A stretch of 62,255 nucleotides of DNA, filler included. It is 7 parts of 7 records of this genome, joined end to end, with 100 filler letters (N's around TTAATTAATTAA, not from the genome) between each part and the next. Parts side by side here need not be neighbours in the genome. Positions count along the whole stretch, not along the records: positions 40,586 to 49,056 come from SRR31147125_26915; positions 49,157 to 62,255 come from SRR31147125_26917; 5 more parts are not named here. One strand, given 5' to 3'. The notes under the pieces are model-generated. The model searched no databases. It was not told where the DNA came from and worked only from the letters and a program-made list of their open reading frames with translations. Below are positions 41,133 to 52,075 of this stretch, in pieces; position 1 is the first letter of the stretch; every line of letters begins with the position of its first letter. Position numbers and translations under genes: made by a program.

Positions 41133-42578
41133 ATGAAAGCAGAAAACAGAAAAACAGTATTTCTTACTGGTGCCAGTGGAAATATGGGGCGTGAGGGATT
41201 GAAACAGTTGTTGGAACGTCGCAACAGATTCAATATTACTATATTGATTTTGCCTACTAAAAAAGAAAAGAAATTTATTGAACCATACCGTCATATAAAA
41301 GAATTGAAAATTATTTATGGGGATTTAACTAATTATCAAGATGTATTAAAATGTGTCAGAGGCAGCGACTTCATTTTACATGTGGGAGGTATGGTTTCTC
41401 CAACTGCGGATTATTTTCCGGAGTTAACCACAAAAGTAAATATTAGCGCTGCTAAAAATATTGTTAAGGCAATAAAAGCCCAATCAAATTCTAATCAAAT
41501 AAAATTAGTTTATATAGGAACAGTTGCACAAACAGGTGATCGTAATCCGCCAGTTCATTGGGGGCGAACAGGAGATCCGATTAAAATAAGCACTTATGAT
41601 AATTATGCACTATCAAAAATTATTTCTGAGCGCGAAATAATAGATTCAGGTTTAAATTACTGGGTGTCACTTAGACAAACTGGTATGTTATATCCAGAGT
41701 TATTAGGAAAATTAGATCCGATAATGTTTCATGAGCCTATAAATGGCGTTTTTGAATGGATTACAGCTGAAGATTCAGGAAGGCTTCTTGCCAATGTTTG
41801 TGAGCCTGATGTGCCGGAAGAGTTTTGGTGTCGAATCTATAATATTGGAGGAGGTGAAAAATATAGAACAATGAATTGGGAATTTATGCAAATGACTATA
41901 AAACTAATTGGTGTTCATGATTTCAGAAAAGTTTGGGAAAGCAATTGGTTTGCAACTCAGAATTTTCATGGACAATGGTTTATTGATTCCGATGTTCTTG
42001 AAAATTATCTTCATTTTAGAAGTGGTTCAATCTCTGGTTTTGTTGAAGAAATGAAAAGCCGAGTTTCCTGGATTACAAGAATGGTAGCATTTTTACCTGC
42101 ATGGATTATTAAAAAATTTATTTTCAAGAAGGTTGCAGAAAAACCTTTAGGTACTCTTTATTGGATAAATAATAACGATAGAGAGCGTATTGCTGCATAT
42201 TTTGGAAGCTTTAAAGAATGGAGGAATTTACCTCATTGGAATGAATATAAACTAATAAATGCTTCAAAAACACCTAAAAAATTAGATCATGGCTACAATG
42301 AAAACAAACCATTGCCTGAACTTACTATTGAGGATATGAGACAAGTTGCAAAGTTCCGTGGTGGAGAATGTTTGTCAGAATCAATGATTATTGGTGACAT
42401 GAAAACCAAATTAAAATGGAAATGTGCCTATGGTGATAAATTTGAAGCAAGTCCTAACTTGATTATTTTAGGTGGACATTGGTGCCCCGAATGTGTACAA
42501 CTAACATGGAATTACGAAGAAGAGATTAAATTTAACAGGTTTCTAGCACAGGTATATTCGTTTAATTTCAACAAATAG
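41133..42578 (+). CDS. Extended SDR (NAD-dependent epimerase/dehydratase) with C-terminal zinc-ribbon-like domain
   Basis: TGASGNMG, YALSK catalytic motif; C-terminal WKCAYGD...GHWCPEC. Confidence 0.8.
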   Translation: MKAENRKTVFLTGASGNMGREGLKQLLERRNRFNITILILPTKKEKKFIEPYRHIKELKIIYGDLTNYQDVLKCVRGSDFILHVGGMVSPTADYFPELTTKVNISAAKNIVKAIKAQSNSNQIKLVYIGTVAQTGDRNPPVHWGRTGDPIKISTYDNYALSKIISEREIIDSGLNYWVSLRQTGMLYPELLGKLDPIMFHEPINGVFEWITAEDSGRLLANVCEPDVPEEFWCRIYNIGGGEKYRTMNWEFMQMTIKLIGVHDFRKVWESNWFATQNFHGQWFIDSDVLENYLHFRSGSISGFVEEMKSRVSWITRMVAFLPAWIIKKFIFKKVAEKPLGTLYWINNNDRERIAAYFGSFKEWRNLPHWNEYKLINASKTPKKLDHGYNENKPLPELTIEDMRQVAKFRGGECLSESMIIGDMKTKLKWKCAYGDKFEASPNLIILGGHWCPECVQLTWNYEEEIKFNRFLAQVYSFNFNK

Positions 42579-42710
42579 ATTTTATTGAAATTTGTGATCA
42601 ATTTAAAAAAGTTAAAACAATAGTTTTGTGCCAATAAGAATTAAAATAATCAATTATATCAAAAGAATTATTATTTCTATTTTAGCAAATAATAAAGGTT
42701 CGAATTATAA

Positions 42711-43323
42711 ATGGATAACATAAAAAATAATTCTACTGATAATATATTGTGGCATAAAGTGATGGATGGCGATATAAGGGCAATTGAAGAAATTTATATT
42801 AAATATTCTGAAAGGCTTTATCAATACGGATTAAAATTTATAACAAATATCGAACTTATTGAAGATTGTATTCAGGAATTATTTGTTCGTTTAATAAAAA
42901 ATCATAAAAGTTTAAATGAAGTAAATAATATCGAAACCTATTTGCTAAAGGCTTTTAGAAATAATCTTTTTAGAATGGTTTCCCGAGAAAATAAATATTT
43001 TTTAAGTAATTCTGAAGAAGTTGATTTTAATGTCCATTTTTCCGCTGAAAACAAATTAATTCAAGAAGAAGAAAAAAATAAAACACAAGATCTTGATTGA
43101 TGGTCTTAATAAATTATCTGAACGTCAAAAAGAAGCAATTTATCTCCGTTATACGCAAGGACAAAGTTATGAAGATATTTCATTAATTATGAATATGAGT
43201 GTTGAGTCTTGCAGAAATAGTGTTTACCGGGCAATTAAATCATTAAGATCTAATTTAAATAAATCGGATTTAATTTTTTTATTGTTATTTCAGAAAAAGT
43301 TTCAAATAATAGAAAAAAAGTGA
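42711..43323 (+). CDS. ECF sigma-70 factor (frameshift at A7, 43072-43078)
   Basis: Region 2 EDCIQELFVRL...YLLKAFRN; region 4 LSERQKEAIYLRY..G.SYEDI; precedes FecR. Confidence 0.88.
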
Positions 43324-43372
43324 TGATATAATTTAGGTTTATGTCTCTTATGAGATATAGATTAAAAATTAT

Positions 43373-44559
43373 ATGAAAAAGTACAGATATTTTAGTATCG
43401 AACAATTTGCCACCGACTCCGATTTTATTAAATGGGTAATCGATGCTGATGCTTCTTCTAACAAATTCTGGAAAAAGGTTATAGAAGATTACCCTGAACA
43501 AAAAAGGAATATCGAAGAAGCTGTTAAACTTATTTTATCCATTCAAGCGGTTGAAGAACCAATTTTAAAAGAAAGATTAGATTTAACTTGGGAAAGAATA
43601 AGAAATACCGAAAAAGTTCAACTGCTAAAATTAAATTGCATCAAATTTCATTGCGCTGGGTAGCAGTGATGTTGCTTCTTATAGGCATTTCATTTATTGT
43701 AACTCGTATTGTTATTGTTGATAAATCAAATATCGAAATTGTTGAAACAGAAATACTTCAAATTGAGGATGCAAAAGTTATATTACCTGATGGCTCAGAA
43801 AAGACTATAAATAATAGTGAATCTCAAATTGATGTAAAATCAACAGGTGAGATTATCGTAGACAATGATACTTTAAAAAGTTCTGTTGAGAAAAATAAAA
43901 ATGCAAATTTAGTTAAAGTTATAATGCCTTTTGGAAAGCAGTCAAAACTACTATTACCCGATGGTTCTACTGTATATATCAATGCAGGCAGTCAGTTATC
44001 ATTCCCTTCAGAATTTACAAAAAAAACAAGGGATGTATATTTAATAGGTGAGGCATTTTTTGAAATTGAAAAGAATGAAAATCAACCTTTTGTTGTAAAA
44101 ACTTCTGATGTTGATATAACTGTAACCGGTACAGAATTTAATGTATCTGCTTATTCCGATGATAATATTGTTCAAACTATTCTTGTGGCTGGAGGAGTTA
44201 GTTTATCGAAAAAATCGGCATTTAGTAAAACCATTGAAATTAAACCTGGAGAAGGAGCCTTTTTTAATAAAACAGAAGATAAAATTAGCATCAATAATGT
44301 TGATACCAATAAATATACTGCATGGATAAATGGTTACATAGTTTGTGATCAAGATAAGATGACAGAGATAATTAAGAAAATTGAACGGTTTTATAATAAG
44401 GAAATCATTATAGATGAAACAATTCAAGAAATTACCTATTCGGGAAAATTGGATTTAAACAATAGTATTTCCTCCATATTAGAATCATTAACATATACAA
44501 CCCCTTTAGCAATTGAATATAACGATGAAACTATATTAATTAAAAACAAAAACTTATGA
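43373..44559 (+). CDS. FecR-family anti-sigma factor (frameshift at A5, 43611-43615)
   Basis: F.TDSDFIKWV N-terminus, TM helix, LPDGSTVYINAGSQL, GEAFFEI, VTGTEFNV. Confidence 0.9.
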
Positions 44560-44581
44560 AATAATTTATTTATTAAAAAAT

Positions 44582-44614
44582 AACCGGGAAATGTGTAGCA
44601 GACATAACCCGGTT
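44582..44614 (+). promoter_or_regulatory. Hairpin in the fecR-susC leader
   Basis: AACCGGG-AA-ATGT-GTAGCAG-ACAT-AA-CCCGGTT, preceded by an A6 tract. Confidence 0.55.
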
Positions 44615-44668
44615 GTGAGAAAATTTTAACGACCTAAAGGTCAATTATCAATTTTAACATTCAAATTT

Positions 44669-47600
44669 ATGAAAAAAAACGTTGAATCTGGTTCTGTAAT
44701 AGGACTGAAAAAGCTACTATTAATTATGAAGTTAATGTTTATTTTACTGACTTCTTCAATTATTGCAGTAAGTGGGAATTCATATTCTCAAATAACTAAA
44801 CTTTCAATTAATATGAATGAAACATCCATTTTGGATATTTTTGATGTTATTGAGAGTCAAAGTGAGTTTATTTTCTTTTATCAAGATAAAAATGTTGATG
44901 AAAATAGAAAAGTAACCATTGAAGCTAAAAACAAAAGCATTGAAGAAATTCTGCAATTGTTGTTTGAAGGAACAGGTAATACCTATGAAATTAAAGATCG
45001 TCAGGTAATTATTGGTTTTGATGAAACAAAAATTGAAAAATCGAAGAAGGATTTAGAAAAGCCATTCGGTGCAGAAATAGAACAACCACAGGGTAAAACC
45101 ATACAAGGGAAAGTAATTGATAGTAGCGGGCAACCACTGCCTGGTGTAACAGTTATTTTAAAAGAAAACACAGCAGTTGGTACTGTTACAAACTTTGAAG
45201 GATTATACGAGCTACTAATACCCATTGATGCCGAAGTTTTGGTGTTTTCATTTATAGGTTTTGCGAGTCAGGAAATTATTATTGAAGGACGTACATCTAT
45301 AGATGTTATATTGGAAGAAGAGGTTACAGCTCTTGATGATGTTGTAGTCGTTGGGTATGGAACAACCACACGCCGAAACTTTACGGGGTCGGTAACAAAA
45401 CTAAATCTTAACAATTCACCAGTAACAAATAGTTCAAGTGTAAATGCATTAGATTTGTTTAGGGGCATTACTTCAGGAGTTAGTATGACTCAGTCTGGCG
45501 AAGCAGGAGATACGCCTTCTTTAGTAATTCGTGGACAAAAATCAATAAGCGGTGGTAGTGATCCTCTTATAGTTGTTGACGGAGTAATTTTTACTGGTAC
45601 CATTGATATGCTTGATATAAAAAGTATTGAATCAATGAGTGTTTTGAAAGATGCTACATCACTGGCAGCTTATGGTTCTCAGGCAGCAAATGGTGTAATT
45701 ATGGTAACTACAAAAAAGGGATCTCGTGGGAAACCAATGGTTAATTTATCCTCTTTTATAGCAATTTCAGGGCCGAATTTTAAACCTGATATGAGAAATG
45801 GAAATGAATTTATTGAGCTTCTTAATGCTCGCTTTTTATATCCTGCAGACGCTGATCCGGTCTGGATGTCTGAATTAGAGTATAATAATTATAATGTTGG
45901 TAGAACCACAGACTGGTTTGATTATATTACTCGCATAGGAGTTCAACATAATACTGCATTGAGTGTTTCCGGTGGAACTGACAACGTCAATTATTATCTC
46001 GGTGGTTCTTATATTGATAACCAAAACTTTATAAAGGGTGACTCTTATGCAAGAAATACTTTTACTGGAAGGATAAATGCGAAAATAAATGAATATATCT
46101 CGTTAAGTGGAAACTTTGATCAGGCCTTTATGCAAAATGATGGTGTAAGACCAACATATAATGCTGCAGTTACATTATCTCCTTGGGCAGAGCCAGAATT
46201 ACAAGATAGAAGTATTCGTAAATATGTTGATGGAAAAGAAGAAACTACTTTGAATCCTATGTGGGATGTATACAGCGGAATTGATCGGCAAAACCATTCT
46301 AACTCTACTGTATTGGGAGGTAAAATCGAAGTTAAATTTCCTTGGATTGAAGGCTTAAGCTATAAAATAACAGGATCTTATACAAAATACAATACAACCT
46401 TTAAGAATTTTGTACACGAGTCAAATTATGTTAACATTAGTTTGGGAGAAGATGCTTATACTACAGCAGAACAGGATAAATACCTGAGCCAGGCCAGTGG
46501 ATATATTACACAAACACAAAGAACATCATGGGTAATCGATAATATTTTAACATACGCAAGAAACATCAATGATCATTATATTAATACAACACTGGTTTAT
46601 ACCAGAGACTCCAGAGAAGTTGAGGCTAATAGAATGACAGGAACCGATTTTTCTGCAATTGGCAATACTTCTTTAGGTGTTTTTGGACTTGCAAATGCAA
46701 GTGTTCATACAATATCTAATTTTAATTATTCTTTGCACAATGATGTAGGTTATTTGGGTAGAATAAACTATTCCTATAAAAATACTTATCACCTTAATGC
46801 TTCTGTTCGTCATGATGGAAGTTCTGTATTTGGTATTGATCATAAATGGGGCACATTTCCGGCAGTCGGTGTTGCATGGACTCTTTCAAATGAAGAGCTT
46901 ATGAAAAATGCGAACTGGTTAAATAATCTTAAACTTAAAGCTTCCTGGGGCAAAAACGGAAATCAATCACTTCGTCCTTACGGAACTCTCTCAACAATGA
47001 CTATGGGAAGGACTGGGGGTGTTGGTTACTTCTTTGATAATGAGGTTGTTTATGGTCAGTTAGTGTCGGCTTTAGGAAATAGTGAACTAGGCTGGGAGTC
47101 TACAACTTCATATAATTTTGGGCTGGAAACTGATATAATAAACAGTCGTATTCATTTTGAAATTGATGGTTACAAATCAATAACTACCAATCAAATTTTT
47201 AATCGTACAATTCCTGTTATGGGGGCTGGTATTACTTCTCAATCAGCTACTATGGGGCAAGTTGATAACTGGGGAATAGAAGCAATGGTGAATACAACAA
47301 ATATTCAAAATAATAAATTTAGTTGGTCATCATCAGCGGTCTTTACTATTAATCGTAATAGACTTGTTGAATTATATGGTGATGGGAATGACGACGTTTC
47401 AAATACACTTTTTCTTAATCACTCACTTGGTGCAATTTACGGGTATAATTGGATAGGTATTGTTCAGGAAGAAGATACAGAATACATAGCTGCAAATGGT
47501 GTAAAACCAGGAGACGCGATGTATGAAGATCTGAATGGTAATATCGAAATAGATGCCGACGACCGTAAAATTATTGGTTATTCCAAAGAAAATTTTCGGT

Positions 47601-48046
47601 TAAGTATTTCAAATACATTTAATTATGGCAATTTTCAGCTTTACGTAATGTTAAATGGTATTTTTAGTGGCAATGATTATGGTAAGGCTACTAATAATAT
47701 GTCTTACTTGTCATATGAAGGATATGGTTATCGGAATACGCTTGACCATCCTTTCTGGACAGAAGAAAATAAAAGTGAAACATATCCTTCAGTTAATTTT
47801 TCTGATACAAAATTTACAGCACTTCAATCTTATGGTTTTGTAAGATTGCAGGATGTAAATCTTTCATATCAATTTAATAGTGATAAACTTGATAAAATTG
47901 GTATTAGCTCCCTCGAGCTATTCCTTTCGGGAAAGAATCTTTGGTTTTATGCACCAAATTGGACAGGTAGTGATCCAGAGGTTAGAAGTTACTCCTCTGC
48001 GCAATTACCAAGAACATGTACATTGGGCATTAATTTAGGGTTTTAA
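44669..48046 (+). CDS. susC: SusC/RagA TonB-dependent transporter with N-terminal STN signalling domain
   Basis: STN domain, CarboxypepD_reg-like domain, VVVGYG, PLIVVDG, LKDA.S.A.YGS.AANGVI.VTTKKG, C-terminal GINLGF. Confidence 0.95.
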   Translation: MKKNVESGSVIGLKKLLLIMKLMFILLTSSIIAVSGNSYSQITKLSINMNETSILDIFDVIESQSEFIFFYQDKNVDENRKVTIEAKNKSIEEILQLLFEGTGNTYEIKDRQVIIGFDETKIEKSKKDLEKPFGAEIEQPQGKTIQGKVIDSSGQPLPGVTVILKENTAVGTVTNFEGLYELLIPIDAEVLVFSFIGFASQEIIIEGRTSIDVILEEEVTALDDVVVVGYGTTTRRNFTGSVTKLNLNNSPVTNSSSVNALDLFRGITSGVSMTQSGEAGDTPSLVIRGQKSISGGSDPLIVVDGVIFTGTIDMLDIKSIESMSVLKDATSLAAYGSQAANGVIMVTTKKGSRGKPMVNLSSFIAISGPNFKPDMRNGNEFIELLNARFLYPADADPVWMSELEYNNYNVGRTTDWFDYITRIGVQHNTALSVSGGTDNVNYYLGGSYIDNQNFIKGDSYARNTFTGRINAKINEYISLSGNFDQAFMQNDGVRPTYNAAVTLSPWAEPELQDRSIRKYVDGKEETTLNPMWDVYSGIDRQNHSNSTVLGGKIEVKFPWIEGLSYKITGSYTKYNTTFKNFVHESNYVNISLGEDAYTTAEQDKYLSQASGYITQTQRTSWVIDNILTYARNINDHYINTTLVYTRDSREVEANRMTGTDFSAIGNTSLGVFGLANASVHTISNFNYSLHNDVGYLGRINYSYKNTYHLNASVRHDGSSVFGIDHKWGTFPAVGVAWTLSNEELMKNANWLNNLKLKASWGKNGNQSLRPYGTLSTMTMGRTGGVGYFFDNEVVYGQLVSALGNSELGWESTTSYNFGLETDIINSRIHFEIDGYKSITTNQIFNRTIPVMGAGITSQSATMGQVDNWGIEAMVNTTNIQNNKFSWSSSAVFTINRNRLVELYGDGNDDVSNTLFLNHSLGAIYGYNWIGIVQEEDTEYIAANGVKPGDAMYEDLNGNIEIDADDRKIIGYSKENFRLSISNTFNYGNFQLYVMLNGIFSGNDYGKATNNMSYLSYEGYGYRNTLDHPFWTEENKSETYPSVNFSDTKFTALQSYGFVRLQDVNLSYQFNSDKLDKIGISSLELFLSGKNLWFYAPNWTGSDPEVRSYSSAQLPRTCTLGINLGF

Positions 48047-48091
48047 GAATTAAGGATTATGATCATTAAAACAAAATTAAAAAAGGTGATT

Positions 48092-49056
48092 ATGAAAAAT
48101 TTGAAATATAAATTATTATTTCTGGCGTTTATTACAATATTTATTGGTTGTAATGATGACCAGTTTCTCGAAGAACAACCAAAAACTATTTATACAACCA
48201 AAAATGCTTTTGATAAAAGTAGTCAGGTTGATGCACAACTCGTATCTGCATATCAGGTGATGTACACAATGCATGGCTATGGCATGGAATCCACTACTAA
48301 CGCAAGTGTTGCAAACTTTTTAGGTGGTATAGGTTCTGACTATTTTGATATTTACTACGAATTGGCAGGTAACGGTGCTTCCGGCTGGTCAAATTTTGCA
48401 AATTGGACGACTGTTGATGAAAGATTTAATAACCTTTGGAATGCTAATTATAAATTGATAAGCTTTGCAAACCTTGCTTTGTTTGGTGCAGATCAGGTAG
48501 AATGGAATAATATTTCAGATAAAGATTACGCAATTGCGCAGGCTAAATACTTTCGCGGTTATGCTTACCTGCGTCTTGCTGAATGTTTTGGAGGAGTTCC
48601 TTTGGTTGAAGAATTTACAGAAACTTTAAAGTTGGACTATACCCGTGCTTCACGAACCGAAACGTATGAATTTGCTATAAGTGATTTGGAAGATGCCGTG
48701 GCCGGACTTCCCGATTACCCTCTTCAGGATGGACGTGTGGCTAAAGGTGTAGCCGAACACTTTTTGGCTGAAGCTTATCTTGCACAAGGAATTGAATCAG
48801 GAGAAAGTTCATATTATCAGAAAGCTATCGATGCTGCAAAAGAAACTATATCTCTTCATCCATTAATGACTGAACGTTTTGGTGCTCGCGCAAATCCCAA
48901 TGATGGATCCTCAAATAACAGTGTGCCGGCTTACAAATCGGAAGGTAACGTTTTTTATGATTTGTTTCAGATTGGGAATTATGACTTTAGTGAAGGTAAT
49001 ACCGAAGCAGTTTGGACTATTGAATGTGTTGATTATGACGCTTATGTAGAAAGTGG
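48092..49056 (+). CDS. susD: SusD/RagB lipoprotein (3' truncated)
   Basis: Lipobox FIGC, AKYFRGYAY..L...FGGVPL, GRVAKGVA...LA.AYL. Confidence 0.92.
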
Positions 49057-49156
49057 NNNNNNNNNNNNNNNNNNNNNNNNNNNNNNNNNNNNNNNNNNNN
49101 TTAATTAATTAANNNNNNNNNNNNNNNNNNNNNNNNNNNNNNNNNNNNNNNNNNNN
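49057..49156. other. Artificial contig spacer
   Basis: 44 N + TTAATTAATTAA + 44 N. Confidence 0.98.
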
Positions 49157-49312
49157 AAATCCTTCCTGCAAATTATCTTCAGCTTCAGTAGAATCTTTAG
49201 AATACCTCAAGCACACACCAAACATTTTTGGTGAAAAAAGCTCATACACACGAGCCTGAGCCCGCGATTTTCCAGCAGCACATTCTTTTATGAGTTTACC
49301 GAGGTCTTCCAA
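49157..49312 (-). CDS. ECF sigma factor, N-terminal fragment (3' truncated)
   Basis: LIKEC..G...AQ..VYELFS.KMFGVCLRY....EAED.LQEGF. Confidence 0.85.
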
Positions 49313-49402
49313 AATTCTTCAATTGGTCAAGATCAAATTTAAGTTTTTCTGCTGGACAATCTTTACTCTATCGTCCCGTTTTTATTTTAGGTCATAGCCA
49401 TT

Positions 49403-49418
49403 TGGCATTGCTTTTGCT
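49403..49418 (+). promoter_or_regulatory. Putative sigma54 promoter facing the serpin
   Basis: TGGCATTGCTTTTGCT = GG-N10-GC. Confidence 0.45.
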
Positions 49419-49434
49419 TTGGATACCCTGTATC

Positions 49435-49511
49435 AGATGAAAGTTAATCCATAAAGGTTGCGTTCTCATTAATTATTATTCCCACGCAACCTGATGACGA
49501 GTATTTCATCT
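49435..49511. promoter_or_regulatory. Back-to-back ECF-type promoters
   Basis: ACGCAACC-N15-TCATCT on minus (49463-49435, toward the sigma gene) and ACGCAACC-N14-TCATCT on plus (49484-49511, toward the serpin). Confidence 0.65.
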
Positions 49512-49546
49512 ATCACATAAGCCGTATAAACAAACATTATAATGTT

Positions 49547-50788
49547 ATGAAGAATTTTAACATCCTATTATTATTGACCATCATGATTTTTTCTGGCGTT
49601 TCATGTTCAGACGATGAGCCTGAAGCTAGGCTTCCCGGAAATATTCAACTTGATCTTAAATCTGAAAAGATTGTTGAAGCGGACAATCAGTTTGGTCTGG
49701 AACTTTTCCAGCTAATTAACAATGAAGAAGAAGCTGATAAAAACCTAATGATTTCTCCCTTGAGTGTTTCGCTTGCTTTAGCAATGGCTTATAATGGAGC
49801 AGAAGGAGAAACCCGGGAACAAATGGAAGAAATGCTTCATAAACTTGGAATGACTCCTCATGAAATCAATCAATCATATAAATCATTGGTAGACGCACTG
49901 GAAAGTCACGACCCCAAAGTTGAACTTTCCATTGCCAATGCCATTTTTTACCACGATGGATATACAATAAAAAATGACTTTATTTCAACAAATGAATCAT
50001 TTTATAATGCCGAAGTAGATGATCTTGATTTTTCAAATACCTCAGCAACACTTGATCGTGTAAACGGATGGGTAAAAGACAAAACCCGCGATAAGATTGA
50101 GAGTATTATTGAGCAGGTTTCACCAATGGATGTGATGTACCTGATTAATGCTATTTATTTTAATGGCGAATGGACCTCGCGTTTTGACACTGATGATACT
50201 GCTAACCGAATTTTCTTTTTAGACGATGGCAGCGAAATTATGGTGCCAACCATGCAAATTGAAGCAAACTTCAATTATTTAAATACTACTGAATTTGAGT
50301 TATTGGAAATGCCTTACGGGGGTAAAAAGTATTCGATGCTGATTTTCCTCCCCCATGATAATTATTCTGCAGAAGACGTTATCAATGAAATTGATCCAGA
50401 CAAAATTCAAAACTGGATTTCAAACATGGATGGATGGAACAAAAAAGTATTCCTTCCGAAATTTGAATTCGCTTATGAAAATAGCTTGGTGGATAATTTA
50501 AAAGTACTGGGGATGATTGATGCTTTTGATGCAAACAAAAGCAATTTTTCAGGGATTACTGATGACACGAATCTTTTCATTTCAGAAGTAAAACATAAAA
50601 GTTATATTAAAGTTGATGAACGTGGCACTGAAGCTGCCGCTGTAACCGGAATTACTTTTGAAACGACTTCCATTCAACCTTCTCCTGTTTTTGCTGCAGA
50701 TCATCCATTTGTATTTGCTATTCGCGAAAAGGATACAAATTCGATTCTCTTTTTGGGAAAAGTAATGGATCCAACTAAAAAGGAATAA
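49547..50788 (+). CDS. Serpin family lipoprotein (miropin-like)
   Basis: Lipobox GVSC, NLMISPLS, LINAIYFNGEW, hinge DERGTEAAAVT, FAADHPFVF. Confidence 0.95.
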   Translation: MKNFNILLLLTIMIFSGVSCSDDEPEARLPGNIQLDLKSEKIVEADNQFGLELFQLINNEEEADKNLMISPLSVSLALAMAYNGAEGETREQMEEMLHKLGMTPHEINQSYKSLVDALESHDPKVELSIANAIFYHDGYTIKNDFISTNESFYNAEVDDLDFSNTSATLDRVNGWVKDKTRDKIESIIEQVSPMDVMYLINAIYFNGEWTSRFDTDDTANRIFFLDDGSEIMVPTMQIEANFNYLNTTEFELLEMPYGGKKYSMLIFLPHDNYSAEDVINEIDPDKIQNWISNMDGWNKKVFLPKFEFAYENSLVDNLKVLGMIDAFDANKSNFSGITDDTNLFISEVKHKSYIKVDERGTEAAAVTGITFETTSIQPSPVFAADHPFVFAIREKDTNSILFLGKVMDPTKKE

Positions 50789-50790
50789 AG

Positions 50791-51453
50791 ATGTTAAGGG
50801 CAATCGCAATTCTATATCTATTGATTGTTGCAATCTCCTGCAATGATGAAGTGACAAATGACTCGGTCATGTCATCTATAGGAACAGTATCCATAAATGA
50901 GGGATTGTCTGATTGTGATAAAAAAATTGTACTCGATAATGGAGAAACAATCATCCCAACAAACTGGGAGGATTTTAATTTTGTTGCAAATGACCGGGTT
51001 CGTGTTGAGTATGAATTAAAACTAAAAACATCGACTTGCGAAGGTCTGGATTGTCGTTTGTTAAGCTCCGAGCTTGTTGAAGCGATTCCTTATGTTGATT
51101 TATATTTCTTTAACTACGATAGTTTAAAGCGTGATCCTGTTAAAATAAACGAGGTAAGTTTTAATGACAATTCACTTCGCATTAATTTAAGCTATAGTGG
51201 TGGCTGTAAAAACCATATTATTGATTTGGCACGGCTGCATCCCTCTTGTGGAACACCTCCGTTACCACCTCCTACATTCGAAATCAGGCATGATTCCAAT
51301 GGTGATTTATGCGAAGCCTGGCTGACCAAAACCTATTATTTTGATTTATCCCCGCTTAAAGAGGAATTTGACAATACCGTGAAAATTGTTTTCCAGGCAA
51401 ACGAATCTGGAGATAGTTTTTATACCGAAGAACTAACGATAAAGATTGAATAA
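50791..51453 (+). CDS. NigD-like lipoprotein (OB-fold N-domain plus C-domain)
   Basis: Lipobox AISC; LDNG..IIP...RV.V.Y; SYSGGC..H...RHD.NGD.CEA. Confidence 0.6.
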   Translation: MLRAIAILYLLIVAISCNDEVTNDSVMSSIGTVSINEGLSDCDKKIVLDNGETIIPTNWEDFNFVANDRVRVEYELKLKTSTCEGLDCRLLSSELVEAIPYVDLYFFNYDSLKRDPVKINEVSFNDNSLRINLSYSGGCKNHIIDLARLHPSCGTPPLPPPTFEIRHDSNGDLCEAWLTKTYYFDLSPLKEEFDNTVKIVFQANESGDSFYTEELTIKIE

Positions 51454-51454
51454 G

Positions 51455-51991
51455 ATGAAGTATTTGATGGTTATATTATTGGCTTTTATAGTCTCTTGCG
51501 AAGACGTAGAAGATTTTTCAATGGAAAAGGACGTGATTTATTTCCAGTTTGAGTATGTAAATCATGCATGGGGGTATCAACACACTGGGTTTATCATTGA
51601 TGTAGAGGGAAATATTTATGAATATGAACAACCTGTAGATTGGAATTGGAGTGAGGAAGATAAAATTAAACTTACCGATTTTAAAGAAAACCTAAATCAG
51701 GCTGATATTAGCTCAACCACAATCGAAAGTGCTAAATTATATCAAATGCTAAATCTGGCACTAAAAGCTAAAGATGGAAAACTATCAGAGTTTAAATCGG
51801 TAATGGCGGATGGTGGAGGAGAAGGATATTATATTTATACGGCACAGGAAGGTGATGCTAATTTAACCAAGCATTTACTCCAATTAAGAGGTGATAACTA
51901 TCAGAAAAATACAAGCTCAGCCGCAGATGAAATTACAGATTGGCTTATCGAAATAAGAGGAGAAGAAGGCTTCAGCGATGAACACTTCTAA
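51455..51991 (+). CDS. Hypothetical lipoprotein
   Basis: Lipobox IVSC; YVNHAWG motif; coupled to the upstream gene. Confidence 0.7.
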   Translation: MKYLMVILLAFIVSCEDVEDFSMEKDVIYFQFEYVNHAWGYQHTGFIIDVEGNIYEYEQPVDWNWSEEDKIKLTDFKENLNQADISSTTIESAKLYQMLNLALKAKDGKLSEFKSVMADGGGEGYYIYTAQEGDANLTKHLLQLRGDNYQKNTSSAADEITDWLIEIRGEEGFSDEHF

Positions 51992-52000
51992 AAAAAATAC

Positions 52001-52056
52001 AGCTGCCTCAAAAGTCCAAGTTCAGGATGACTTGAGCTTGGATCTTTGAAGCTGCT
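52001..52056. terminator. Long hairpin between convergent genes
   Basis: TCAAAAGTCCAAGTTCAG / CTTGAGCTTGGATCTTTGA imperfect stem. Confidence 0.55.
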
Positions 52057-52075
52057 AATCTATTTATATAACCTA

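Noticed and set aside
6454-49156. Six identical TTAATTAATTAA motifs flanked by N runs
   Set aside because: Artificial scaffolding linkers. Gene adjacency across them (e.g. SusD next to the TonB receptor, HAO next to the regulator) has no biological meaning.
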